Assembly (NCBI RefSeq): GCF_020745735.1
Contig: NC_083410.1
Span: forward strand, 4,066,117-4,130,116
DNA: 64,000 nucleotides
DNA from: Hemiscyllium ocellatum
Taxonomy: Eukaryota
Direction of reading: 5' to 3'
Shown here: in pieces, positions 39,425 through 51,050 of the stretch
How positions within the stretch are numbered: the first letter of the stretch is position 1
Layout of the letters: each line of letters opens with the position of its first letter
Notes under the pieces: generated by a model
Seen by the model: the letters and a program-made list of their open reading frames with translations, nothing else
Databases searched by the model: none
Told to the model about the DNA's origin: nothing
Translations under genes and position numbers: made by a program

Positions 39425-40195
39425 GGGATATTTCCTGAGGATGCTGACCAGGTGTTTCAGTTTCTGTTGTAGTTCTTTGGCCAGTTTGTATGCTGGTGTC
39501 CCTGGTAGTGATACTATGGGTCTGAGTGGGATGTCTGCTTTGTGTACTTTGGGTAGTCCATAGAATCTGGGGGTGTTGTTGCTTTCCGGTTTCATTCTTC
39601 GTAGGTCTGCTTTGGTTATCTGTCCGTTTTTTTGTAGATTCCTTAGTGTGTTATTTATTCTATTGGTGAGTTGTGGTGTGGGGTCAGAATCCTTCATTTG
39701 GTAGGTGTTGGTGTCTGCTAGTAGGTCTTGTGCTTTTTTGTGCATGAACGAGGACATGCCACAACCAAAAGGACTAGCCACACTACCACACATCAGGAGC
39801 ATTTCAGAACTGACAGCCAGACTACTGTGACCCTTAGGACTCATAACGGCACACAAACCAATAGCCACGCTCAGACAACAACTTACTAGAACAAAGGAGC
39901 CAATACCCAACATGAGCAAAACTAATGTAGTTTATAAAATACCATGCAAGGACTGCACAAAACACTATCTAGGACAACCACTACAGCGGACAGCTGAAAC
40001 TGACACCCGGAAGCGGCAAGGACAGACCACTATAAATACCAGAAGAAACATCAAAGAAGCACTTCGCAGGAGGCTCCACAGCACTGATGATGTCTCCTAG
40101 CCAGGTGACGAAACGTTTGCAACAACAACTTCCAGCTCGGCAAACAGAACCACTACAACAAGCACCCGAGCTACAAATCTTCACACAAACTTTGA
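39425..40195. mobile_element. Penelope-like element (second family) with internal inversion
   Basis: 39425-39740 on the minus strand encodes RT N-terminal FYGLPKVHKADIPLRPIVS. 39740-40195 on the plus strand encodes TNVVYKIPCKDCTKHYLGQ (GIY-YIG) and a hammerhead-like tail at 40081-40120. Confidence 0.85.
40081..40120 (+). ncRNA. Minimal type I hammerhead ribozyme motif (PLE-associated)
   Basis: GCA-CUGAUGA-U-GUCUCC-uagcca-GGUGAC-GAAAC-GUU-UGC. It has the conserved core, a 6-bp stem II with 1 mismatch, a 3-bp stem I and a palindromic ACGU in place of stem III. Confidence 0.7.
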
Positions 40196-40679
40196 ACCTT
40201 AAGGTATCTTGAGAATGTGATTTAAAAGGAGTTCTTAGATTTACATATTAATGAACTGAAACTTGCAAGGCATTCTAAAATATGAACGACTTAACAGCTA
40301 TCTAGGTTTGTTCAAAATATCATGCCAGTTGCATGACACTGTCATCTTTTGCTATAAATTCTGTATCTTATGGTCCTGCTCCACAGCTACCTGATGAAGG
40401 AGCAGTGCTCTGTAAACTAGCGATTACAAATAAAGATGTTTAACATAAACTGATGCTGTGTGATTTCTAACTTTTTCTTGGGAGAAATTTAACTTGTTAA
40501 AAAAGACTTTTCCATAGTTTGCGCTGCTGTGGAGTTTGTGTGAATTCTATAAGTTGGAACATTGAGAACTGGAAGGGAGTGTCACAGGAAGAATCTATCA
40601 CGCTATGGATTGTTTGATGCAGGTGACACAGAGCTCCACAGGCTGGAAACATAGACCAGAAAACAGAATGCAATAATTA

Positions 40680-41650
40680 TAAAAGATAGAACATAGAAAA
40701 GTGCAGCACAGAACAGGCCCTTCGGCCCATGATGTTGTGCAGAGGATTAATCCTAATGTAAAATAAAATAACTTAACCTACGCACCCCTCAATTCACTGC
40801 TATCCAAGTACATGCCCAGCAAACGCTTAAATGTCCCTAATGACTCTGCTTCCACCACCACCACCGCTGGCAACACATTCCATGTATTCACAACTCTCTG
40901 CATAAAGAACCTACCTCTGACATTCTCTCTATACCTTTCTCTTGATATCTTAAAACTATGACCCCTTGTGCCAGTCAATCCTGCTCTGAGGAAAGGTCTC
41001 TGGCTGTTGAATCCATCCATTCCACTCATTATCTTATGTACCTTGATCAGGTCACCTTTCTTCTTTCTTCTCTGCAGAGAGAAAAGTCCAAGCTTAGTCA
41101 ACTTCTCTTCATAAGGCAAGCCCTCCAGTGGCAGCATCTGGTAAACCTTCTTTACACCTTCTCAAAACCTCTGTATCTTCCCTATAGTAGGGCGACCAGA
41201 ACTGGACACAATATTCCAAGTGTGGTCTCACCAGGGACTTATAGAGCTGTAGCAAAACCTCTGTGGCTCTTAAACTTGATCCCCCTGTTAAAAACACTTA
41301 GGTGGCTACTTTGAGGGATCTACGTTCTTGAACACCACGATCCCTCTGTTCCTCCACACTGCCAAGAAACCTGTCTTTAATCCTATATTCAGCATTCGAG
41401 TTTGACCTTCCAAAATGCATCACTTCACATTTATCCAGGTTGAACTCCATTTGCCATTTCTTATCCTGTCTATGTTGTGCTGCAGCCTGCAATAGCCTTC
41501 GATACTATCAACACCACCTTCAATCATTGTGTCTTTTGCAAATTTACTAACTCACCCCTCAACCTCCTCATCCAAGTCATTTATAAAAACTACAAAGAGC
41601 AGAGGCCCAAGAACAGAGCCCTGCTGCACCCTGCTCATCACTGGCCCAGC
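40680..41650 (-). mobile_element. CR1 3' portion
   Basis: [29 protein letters not shown]. Confidence 0.9.
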
Positions 41651-41904
41651 ACAGATCTGTGTGACAATCCAACAGCTGCAGGTTGCCATCCTGAAAATGC
41701 TGTCATTATCCTCGATCTCCGTCTTCTATTAGTTATGATCTGGAGGTGCTGGTGTTGAACTGGGGTGGACAAAGTTAAAAAATCACACAACACCAGTTTG
41801 CAGTCGAACAGGTTTATTTGGAAGTTCAAGTTTTCAGAACACTGCTCTTTCATCAGGTATCTAGTGGTGCAGGATCATAGGACACAGAATTTATCACAAA
41901 TTTA

Positions 41905-42440
41905 CTTTCTATTCAGCCCAGCAAGTCCACATCGACCTTCTAAAGAGTAACTCACCCAGACCTATTCTCCTACCTATTATACTATACTTACCACTGAGTA
42001 CTGCATATAACCTACACATCCCTGAACACTATGGGCAATTTGGCATAGCCAATTCACCTGACCGGCATATCTTTGACTGCAGGAGGAAACTGGAGTACCC
42101 AAAGGAAACCCACACAGACATTGGGAGAATGTGCAAACTCCACACAGCTGAAAATATGTTGCTGGTCAAAGCACAGCAGGCCAGGCAGCATCTCAGGAAT
42201 AGGGAATTCGACGTTTCGAGCATAAGCCCTTATGCTCGAAACGTCGAATTCCCTATTCCTGAGATGCTGCCTGGCCTGCTGTGCTTTGACCAGCAACACA
42301 TTTTCAGCTGTGATCTCCAGCATCTGCAGACCTCATTTTTTACTCGAAGATTTCAAACTCCACACAGGCAGGTGCTTGAGCTGGAATCTAACCCATGCTG
42401 CTGGCACTGTGAGGCTAACTACCAAGCCACCGTGCCACCA
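41905..42440 (-). mobile_element. HE1-type SINE split by the fold-back insertion
   Basis: The core is interrupted at aaactccacacag and resumes at 42355. Confidence 0.82.
42148..42353. mobile_element. Fold-back (inverted dimer) PLE-pLTR-derived insertion with 14-bp TSD inside an HE1 SINE
   Basis: caaactccacacag occurs at 42134-42147 and 42354-42367. Arms of about 84 bp with 1 mismatch surround gccc at about 42227-42230. Confidence 0.88.
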
Positions 42441-42669
42441 AGAGAGTGGGTGTTTGCTTGTGTGCAAGCTTGGAAATGTGTTTGTGTGTGAGTGTGATGG
42501 GGTATAAACCTGTGAGAGGGTATGTGCGTGCGCGTGTGAGTGTGGAGGTGTATGTGTGTGCATAAGAGAGAGAGCTTGTGTATGAGAAAGGGTCTGCATG
42601 AGTGTGAGAGTACGTAAGAGTGTGTATGTGTGTGTTTAAAGTGCACTGGGTTCACCTGTAGTGTGATAG

Positions 42670-43430
42670 TTGAGGCCATCCCCTTGAGTACCGAACTTGG
42701 CTATCAGCCTTTGCTCGGCCACTTTGCGTTGTTGTCTGTCCTGACATCCGCCTTGGACGATGGTCACCTGATGGTCCAAGGCTGAATGTCCCTAATGTTG
42801 AAGTGTTCCCTCTCCAACTCTATTTTGATTTAGTCCCTGCCCACCCCTTCACTGTTTTGATCACACAGCATTGCTCTTTGATGTGAAGGGCACTGCTTGT
42901 CACAGGCCACTCAGGTGTTTTCCTATTTTCCTGGTGGTGGAAATTGAATAAAGATTTGCACACTTTGTGTCTTTCACTGTGTCTCACACCTGCACACACC
43001 ACACACCATGGGTGCTGGGGAAAAAAGAAAAAAAGAAAGAAAAAAAAACGTTGAAGTGTTCTCAGACTGGGAACTGTTGTGCATTTTCCACTCATCTGTT
43101 GCCATAGCATCTGCTCGGTCTCGCCAATGTAGTGTGCCTTGGGGCATCGTTACTTACAGCACATAACAATGTAGGCCGATTCACATGAATAGCTGCCACG
43201 TACATGGTGGGTGGGTGTCCCTTCACGTAATGGTGGTAGCCGTGTCAATTCTCTGACACATCTTGTAGTGGCCTTCCCCACTTCTCCAATTCTCATCTCT
43301 AAATAACCATCAAACCTTAAACAGATCATTGTTCACAGCAAACTGCCCAGTCTTCAGGACAAAATTGATCACAACACTGTACAACTCTGTAATGGCAACC
43401 ACTGCAAGATGTCTATCTCATAAATTTTTA
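42670..43430. mobile_element. PLE-like GIY-YIG fragments (third family)
   Basis: The minus strand gives fragments resembling V.YIGET...RMN.H. The plus strand at 43300-43410 reads NLKQIIVHSKLPSLQDKIDHNTVQLCNGNHCK, typical of the PLE RT-endonuclease linker. Confidence 0.5.
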
Positions 43431-43435
43431 ATAAA

Positions 43436-43600
43436 ACACAATGGAGCCCAAGATTCACTGAGCATTTCCAGCCTTCCAGACAACCCTTCAGTACCAGCTT
43501 CATTCTGATCATCACAAATGTGCAGCCCAGTGACAATGGTGTCTATTACTGCTCAGTCTGGGAAGTGCCCTTGATGAAGGAAGCCTGCTCATGGTAAACA
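43436..43600 (+). pseudogene. 3' half of germline-joined V-J exon (same family)
   Basis: Reads TQWSPRFTEHFQPSRQPFSTSFILIITNVQPSDNGVYYCSVWE, then after a 1-nt deletion ALDEGSLLMVN(S)|gtaagt (donor at 43601). The 5' half is replaced by PLE-like sequence. Confidence 0.85.
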
Positions 43601-45329
43601 GTAAGTGCATTTTATACGACAATCACCTCCGGCAACAATCTCATGCCTGATGAATGAAGTGGAGGTCAGTTTGTGATCAAGAAGATTGAGGAAGACATGG
43701 AGAGTGATCTTGGGGATGGATTCACTCTGGGGAGGAAGCTGAGCTCAGTTTCAATGCTGATGGTGTGTTTGGGAGAAAGGGGACTTTTTTTGTGACAATA
43801 GGAGGAGGATTTTGTGGGAAATATGTAAAGTGAGTGATATTAATTCCATTCAACTCACAAGAGTGTCAGTGTCATTGGGCTGGATGTGCACAGTCAAGGA
43901 GATTGCTCTGTGAGGTAAAACATCTGCCCGGGAATCTCCCAGGGATTGGGAATGAACCATAGAGCACAAAGAGACATACACATCTCTCGCCATTCCAGAG
44001 ACGATTGGTTCGATCCAGATTAAAGGAAACACTCCACATTGAGCACAAGGGAAAGGGGAGGGACTCTCTCTCCATGAGCACCCACAGCTGAGATTGGGAT
44101 TGAAGCTGAGATGTTGTTATAATTCTACATTACATTCCAGCCATTCGAGCCAACTGACCAGGGAAGACTGATTATAATACTCTGGGAGTTTCCAGAATAA
44201 AAATAATTACCCGGAGCTTCATGTTGAGTGTTGCTGAGAGCCTAGCTTCAGTCCCCATCCTGGCTCAGGTAGGTCCTGGGCTTTCTCTACTACTTGTCCT
44301 ATTGGGGGAGAGTGGGCAGCCAATCACAGATCAGATATAATGCAGAGAGATGTGAGGATACTCAGATTGGGTGGAGAAATATGAACAGTGGAGACAATTT
44401 TATTTAAAAGTGTAATTCTAATAGGTGTGCAGGAGCAGTCGGAGCTGGGAGTATACTCTTCAGTTGCAAAAAAGTCATGAATTATATCAGTAACATCAGA
44501 ACCACCCTTTAAAGTTCCATCGCAAAAAGTAAACACTGAACAGAAACACATATGAAGGTGACATAAAAATGCATGAGCTATGAGAAGCTGGAATGTGGAA
44601 CTGTTTGGAGATTTGAAAGCAGCTGAAGCAAAATTGTCAAGCTGATGATAAGCAGGGAAAAAAAGATCCCTGTCTCTTCATCAAAACTGAAGAGATCTTC
44701 AAGAAGGACCAACTGCATAGTTTATCCCTCTCAGTCAGTAAAAGACAAGGGAAATGCTGATAAAATCTCTTCATGAAGTATTTGCAAAGAAATCTTTTCC
44801 AATATCAGGATCTCTAACTACTTCCCATTGGAATCTGAATTATGGTCAGAGGATCTCTCATCAATGTTTCATTTTCTGGAATCAGCATCATTGACAGGAA
44901 ATTGAAAGAACTCTGAGAATTTAACACATTCAACCTTCTGACGGGTTTTCCTTGCCCCACTGGAATGGTCTTTCTTTCAGGTATTTTTTAAAAATGACAC
45001 AATCTATTTCTGCAGAACCATGTTGCCTTGTCTGTGAATGAATGTGCATTTTGTACATCAGGATTTGATTTTTGTTGATATCTCTCTCTCTCTCGCTCAG
45101 TGTTCTCCACTCCCTTGTAGGAAACATACAATGACTGCTTAAAAATTCTGCTTAAAAACAACAGTTTGCAGCAGCTGCTAAGGGAAAATAAACTGGTTTC
45201 CTTTGGGCATTAGTTGGCTTTTACTGCAGAGAAAATTACTCCATTTCAATTTCCAGAGGTCCGATGGCTTCTGGCTATAGCCATTCACATTCACAAGCTG
45301 TTCAGCCAGCAATGATGTGGAGCTGCTGT

Positions 45330-47110
45330 TGTTGGACTGGGGTGGACACAGCTTAATAATGTGTTGCTGGAAAAGCGCAGCAAGTCCGGCAGCATCAAAG
45401 GAGCAGGGGAGTTGATGTTTCGGGCATAAGCCCTTCTTCAGGAATGAGGAGGGTGTGCCAAGATAAAAGGTAGGGAGGAGGGACTTGGTGGAGGGGCGTT
45501 GGGAATGCGATAAGTAGAAGGAGGTTAAGGTGAGGGTGATAGGCCGGAGAGGGGGTGGGGCTGGAGAGGTCGGGAAGAAGATTGCAGGTCAAGAAGGCGG
45601 TGCTGAGTCCAAGGGTTGGGACTGAGATAACATGGGGGGAGAGGAAATGAGGAAGCTGGAGAAATCTGCATTCATCCCTTGTGGTTGGAGGGTTCCGAGG
45701 CGGAAGATGAGGCGCTCTTCCTCCAGGTGTCATGTTGCCATGGTCTGGCGAAGGAGGAGGCCAAGGACGCATGTCCTTGGTGGAGTGGGAGGGAGAACTA
45801 AAGTGTTCAGCCATGGGGCAGTTGGGTTGGTCGGTGCGGGTGTCCCAGAAGTGTTCTCTGAAATGTTCGGCAAGTAGGCGGCCTGTCTCCCCAATGTAGA
45901 GGAGGCCACATCGGGTGCAGCGGATGCAGTAAATGATGTGTGTGGAGGTGCAGGTGAATTTCTCATGGATATGGAAGGATCCCTTGGCGCCTTGGAGGGA
46001 AATGAGGGGCGAGGTGTGGGCGCAGGTTTTGCATTTCTTGCGGTTGCAGGGGAAGGTGCCGGGAGTGGAGGTTGGGTTGGTGGGGGATGTGGATCTGCTG
46101 AGGGAGTCGCGGTGGGAGTGGTCTTTCCAGAACACTGATAGGGGAGGGGAAGAAAATATATCCTTGGTGGTGGGGTCTGTTTGGAGGTGGGGGAAATGGC
46201 GAAGGATGATATGATGTATCTGGAGGTTGGTGAGGTGGTAGGTGAGGACCAGTGGGGTTCTGTCCTGGCGGCGATTGAAGGGATGGGGTTCAAGGGCAGA
46301 GGAGCGGGAAGTAGAGGAGATGCGGTGGAGGGCATCGTCAACCATGTCTGAGGGAAATTGCGGTCTTTGAAGAAGGAGGCCATCTGGGTTGTTCAGTATT
46401 GGAATTGGTCCTCCTGGGAGCTGATGCAGCGAAGGTGAAGGAATTGGGAATATGGAATGGCATTTTATAGGGGGCAGGGTGGGAGGAGTGTAATCTAGGT
46501 AGCTGTGGGAGTCAATCGGTTTATAGTAAACGTCCGTGTTGAGTTGGTCGTCCAAGATAGAAATGGAGAGGTCGAGGAAGGGGATGGAGAAGTCTGAGAT
46601 GGTCCAGGTAAATTTGAGGTCGGGGTGGAAGGTGTTCGTAAAGTGGATGAACTGTTCAACCTCCTCGTGGGAGCATGAGATAGCGCTGATACAGTCATCA
46701 ATGTAGCGGAGGAAAAGATGGTGCCAGTGTAGCTGCGGAAGATGGACTGTTCCACATATCCAACAAAGAGTTAGGCATAGCTGGGGCCCACGCGGGCGCC
46801 CATGGCTACTCCTTTCGTTTGGAGGAAGTGGGAGAATTGGAAAGAGAAGTTGTTCAGAGTGAGGACCAGTTCGGTCAGTTGAAGGACGGTGTCAGTGGTA
46901 CTGGTTGGTTCAGCACGAAAGGAAGAAGCAGAGGGCTTTGAGGCCTTTGTGATGGGGGATGGAGGTGTATAGGGACTGGATGTCCATGGTGAAGATAAGG
47001 CGTTAGAGACCAGGGAAACGAAAATCATGGAAGAGGTGGAGGGCGTGGGTGGTGTCCCGAATGTAGGTGGGGAGTTCTTGAAACTCCTCACATACCACCC
47101 CACCAACTTC
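45330..47110 (-). mobile_element. Penelope-like element (RT C-terminal part + GIY-YIG endonuclease + pseudo-LTR)
   Basis: ORF 45395-46555 contains VYYKPIDSHSYLDY, PLVLTYH, CNRKKCKTC and IIYCIRCTRCGLLYIGETGRLLAEHFREH (GIY-YIG). RT motifs GVAMGARVGPSYA and FFRYIDD-like lie at 46700-46850. Confidence 0.9.
45411..45445 (-). ncRNA. Minimal hammerhead motif in PLE pseudo-LTR (slightly decayed)
   Basis: The minus strand reads AUUC-CUGAAGA-A-GGGC-uuau-GCCC-GAAAC-AUC. The related copies at 22173 and 42230 read GAAACGUCGA. Confidence 0.65.
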
Positions 47111-47274
47111 CAGTTACATCGTATCATCCTTCGTCATTTCTGCCACCTCCAAGCAGACCCCACCACCAGGGATATATTTCCCAACCCCTCCTCTATCAAT
47201 GATCCGGAAAGACCACTCCCTCCGTGACTCCCTCGTTAGATTCACACACCCCCACCAACCCATCCTCTGCCATC

Positions 47275-47405
47275 CTTACCAGGTCTGGCCAACATGTGAC
47301 TCCAGACCCACAGCAATGTGGTTGACTCTTAACTGCCCCTGGGCAATTAGGGATGGGCAATAAATGCTGGCCTAGCCAGCGACATTCTCATCCCATGAAT
47401 AAGCA
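47275..47405 (+). mobile_element. 3' tail of a CR1/L2-type LINE or partner SINE
   Basis: gggcaattagggatgggcaataaatgctggcctagccagcgac...catcccatgaat is a recalled LINE 3' tail motif. Confidence 0.5.
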
Positions 47406-47539
47406 AAGTAAAAGAAGGCTTTTGTCACTGGTCATCACTCCACAGATCAGTTATCTACTTGTTGCATCCCCTACCCTCCCCACGCTGCCACTTTTTCTAC
47501 AATAAACAGCATCATCCCACTGGAACCCTCAAACTGGGC

Positions 47540-47930
47540 CTCTTCTGGAGTAGTTTGTAGTTCTGGCCACCCTGCTATAAGAAGGATACTTAAATTTGTA
47601 AGGGTTCAGAAACCATTTCCAGGATTTTGCCAGGAATGGAGGATTTGAATTATAAAAATAGGCTTTTTCTAACAGATGAACTTTTTCCAGTGGTGCACTG
47701 GAGATTGAGGGGTGACTGTATAGAGTTTTGTAAAATCATGAAGGTCATAGATAAGGTGAATAGCACAGGTATCTTCCCTTGGATGGGGGAGTTCAAAACT
47801 AGGAGGACTATTTTCAAGGTGAGAGGAGAAAGATTTTAAAAGGACATGAGGGAAAACAGACAGTGGTTCCTGTGTCGAATGACCTGCCAGAGGAAGTAGT
47901 ATAGAATATACTGTATTATCACATTTACTC
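47540..47930 (+). mobile_element. CR1 3' fragment
   Basis: QFWPPCY..., LRGDCIEFCKIMK. Confidence 0.75.
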
Positions 47931-48726
47931 CAGTACAGGAGAACAGTGAAAAGATTTTGCAATGGGTGCCTTTTACTGGCGCCATCTTAGGTACAGATAT
48001 TAATAAGTAAAAACAAATGTTACTATACAGAGATTTTGAAGGGGAGCAGAAGCATTACTTACAATGAATAAAAATGTGGTAGGTACAACATTATGAAGAG
48101 GACAGATATTGCAGTCAGGTAAGAAACAGCAAAGCTCCACATGTAGCCACTAAGTCCAAGTCTACCAATTGTCGTGACTCCGGCACTCAGCAGCATTAAG
48201 ATAGGTCCGTGCCGCGCGTGTGCAGTACAATATCCTAGGCTGACGAGATGAAGAGTTCCTTAACCCTAGGGACTGCTGGGTAAAATTGCCGCCATTGACA
48301 TACGTATAGATTGAATGTAATTTTCTTCTTTTTATGGAATTGGATGGTTACATAATTATTTATAGAAATAACTTATATGCTGCCCATCTCAAACTGATGT
48401 GACAATTCAACACATAACTTCCTTCGTTGAAATCTTCCAACATTTTCACAACACAATTCTAGCTGGTGACAAAGCAGGTGATAAGTTGTTGCAAACTGAT
48501 GAGGAGAAGTTATTGGATAAGCTATTGTTTCTCCAAGTTGAGGAGATACCAGGACCAGCTAAGTTGTAACCGATGATAGTCAATGAAGCGAAAGAGGAAT
48601 TTGTGGAGACACTGCACTCTCAGCCCTCCCTTAACTCAGGAGAAGCACCAAAACAATGGAGAGAGAGAGACAGAGAGAGACAGAGACAGAGAGTGTGAGT
48701 GTGAGTGTGTCTGTGTGTGTGTATGT

Positions 48727-49080
48727 TGGGTGGCAGAGTGGCTCAGTGGTTAGGGCTGCTGTGTCACAGTGCCAGGGACCTAGGTTCAATTCCACTATCA
48801 GGAAACTGTGTGCAGTTTGCACATTCTCCCTATGTTTGCATGGGTTTTCTTTGGTACTCCAGTGTCCTCCCACGGTCCAAAAATACGCAGGTCAAGTTGA
48901 ATTGTGAGCTAAATTGTTTGTAGTATTCAGGCATAATCCTGCATTTCCCATGTTCTGGGTAGGTAGATGATCCAAGGGAAATGCAGGATGACAGGGATAG
49001 AGTAGGGCATGCATCTGAGTGGTATGCTCTTCAGAGAGTCAGTGTGGACTCAATGGGACAAATTACCCATTTCCACACAG
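48727..49080 (+). mobile_element. HE1-type SINE (older)
   Basis: gggtggcagagtggctcagtggttagggctgctgtgtcacagtgccagggacctaggttcaattcc (A and B boxes). Confidence 0.8.
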
Positions 49081-49570
49081 TAGGGATTCTGAGTGTGTGT
49101 GAGATCGTGTGTACATGAGTTGTGTGTTTGTGTGTGTATACGTATAGGAGAGTCTGTGTGTGTGTGTGTGTGTGTGTCTGAGAGTTTATGTGTGTGTTTC
49201 TCAGAGTATGTATGTATGTGTTTACTTGAGCATGTTTGTGTGTTTTGAGTGTCTGCATGCATCTGTCTTTCTGTGTGTGTGCATAAGAGAGAAAATATGT
49301 TTATGCGTGAGAGTGTGTGTGCTGGGGTGTGCAAAGTTAGTGTATGTGAGCATGTGTAAGAAACAAGGTACACAAGTTGTATGCTGTGTGTGCGTGTAGA
49401 TGAGTATATGTGTACATGTATGTGAGTAAGAATATGTGTGTGTGTACATGAGTGGGTGTTGTTGTGTGTATTGTTTGCATGTGTGTAGATGGTTATGCAT
49501 GTAGTGTATAGTTTTGTTGCTTGTGTAAATGAGTGTGTGTACTGCTTGTAAATAGATCAGTCTGTGCATT
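49080..49570. repeat. Degenerate (GT)n low-complexity tract
   Basis: Interrupted TG repeats. Smaller tracts occur at 42470-42640 and 48655-48725. Confidence 0.85.
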
Positions 49571-50814
49571 GTGTGGGTGGATGGGGTGGGAGTAAATGGG
49601 TCTCTCTGTACGACACCTGGTTATCCTTGCTTCTTTGGATTGCATGAAAGGAGATAGACAAAATAAAATGAAGACACGGATCAAGATAACTGAACTGAGA
49701 GTCCAGCTAGCAATGCATTTCACTTTCCTTCTCATGTAGAATGTGCTCTCATTCACTTAAATTTCATTGTTCTGAGAGGCAGATTGCTTATTCACTGTGA
49801 CAGGTTTTTGTCAGGCAATATCAGGCTGTGTGTTGGATGGGAAGTACAGGCTCATTTTTGTGGAATCCATTAAATGTTGTAATTTAAGAGAACAGGGTCA
49901 TAAATTTGATTGGAGAAAATTCAAATCTTCCAGGAACAGGGCAGAAAATATGAGAATTAAATTCTTCACTAATTTTCCATCAGTGAAATGACAATGAGAA
50001 TAGATTGCTGGCAATAGTGCATTGGAAATCAGGACTCCTTAAGTGATACATTACTGTGTACATTTTGGAGGCTATGAAAAATTATATTTGGAAAATACAT
50101 TGTTGACCCTGTTAAGAGTTCAAACTATGAAGAAGAATCAGGTATAAAGTTGATGACACTTTATAAATATCGATCAAATAATGTGCAATGTTAACTGGCC
50201 ATTTAAAACTCAAAGGTTTCAACTTTACTTCTTTTAGTCAGAGAGAGTGTGTTCAAGATTTACCTCATTATGTTAGGTTTGATGTTGTATGAAATCAGTT
50301 AAATACCAAAATATATATCAAGGCCATTTGTGATCATAGCATAGCAGGAACACATTTTTGAATATAAATCCTGAATGTTACTGAAGGCTTGATCAAAATC
50401 ATACTAATCTCAATTGCAATCATAAAAGCCTCAGACAGAAGCAGCAGTTCCTGAGGTTACTTACAGGAAAGTGAAACAGACACATACAGTTTGGATAGAA
50501 AAATATTTAAGGAACTGGAAACAAGTCAGGGAAAATTCTGAGGAATCTTGCTTTGTCTTCCACTTGTCTTACAGCCCAGACTGACAGATTCCACAGTCCC
50601 TCAACAAAATAAACAAATCTTGGGTGATAATGTAGGAGGATGTCAGAGACTGTAACACATTGAGGGGTACTTTGGAAACCTTCTGAGAGACCTTACAAGC
50701 TGTTCTAGAAATTGTCATCCTTCCGCATATTTTTCAATATTTCTCACATTATAAACAGGTCAAAAAAAGTTGTTAATTAATTTATACCTAATACAGTTTA
50801 TGTTATATTATATT

Positions 50815-51050
50815 GGATTCCCCATAGTATGGAAACGGGCCCTTTGGCCCAACAAGTCCACACTGACACTCTGAAAAGTACCCCACTCAGACCCATTCCC
50901 CTACCCTACACTATGGGCAATTTTAGCATGGCCAATTCACCTGACCTGCACATCTTTGGATTGTGGGAGGAAACCAGAATACCTGGAGGAAGCCCACACA
51001 GACATGGGGAAAATATGCAAACTCCACACAGGCCCAAGGCGCCTGAGGTG
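50815..51050 (-). mobile_element. HE1-type SINE, 5'-truncated
   Basis: Tail and V-core are present; the head is missing. Confidence 0.75.

Noticed and set aside
45395-46555. Longest ORF (386 aa) as a host gene
   Set aside because: It is a frameshifted Penelope RT/GIY-YIG remnant.
48260-48269. TTAACCCTAG, a piggyBac-like terminus
   Set aside because: No matching inverted terminus or transposase remnant was found.
49031-49569. His/Thr-rich and Cys/Val-rich ORFs
   Set aside because: These are artefacts of (CA/GT)n low-complexity DNA. The same applies to 42333-42679 and 34534-35112.
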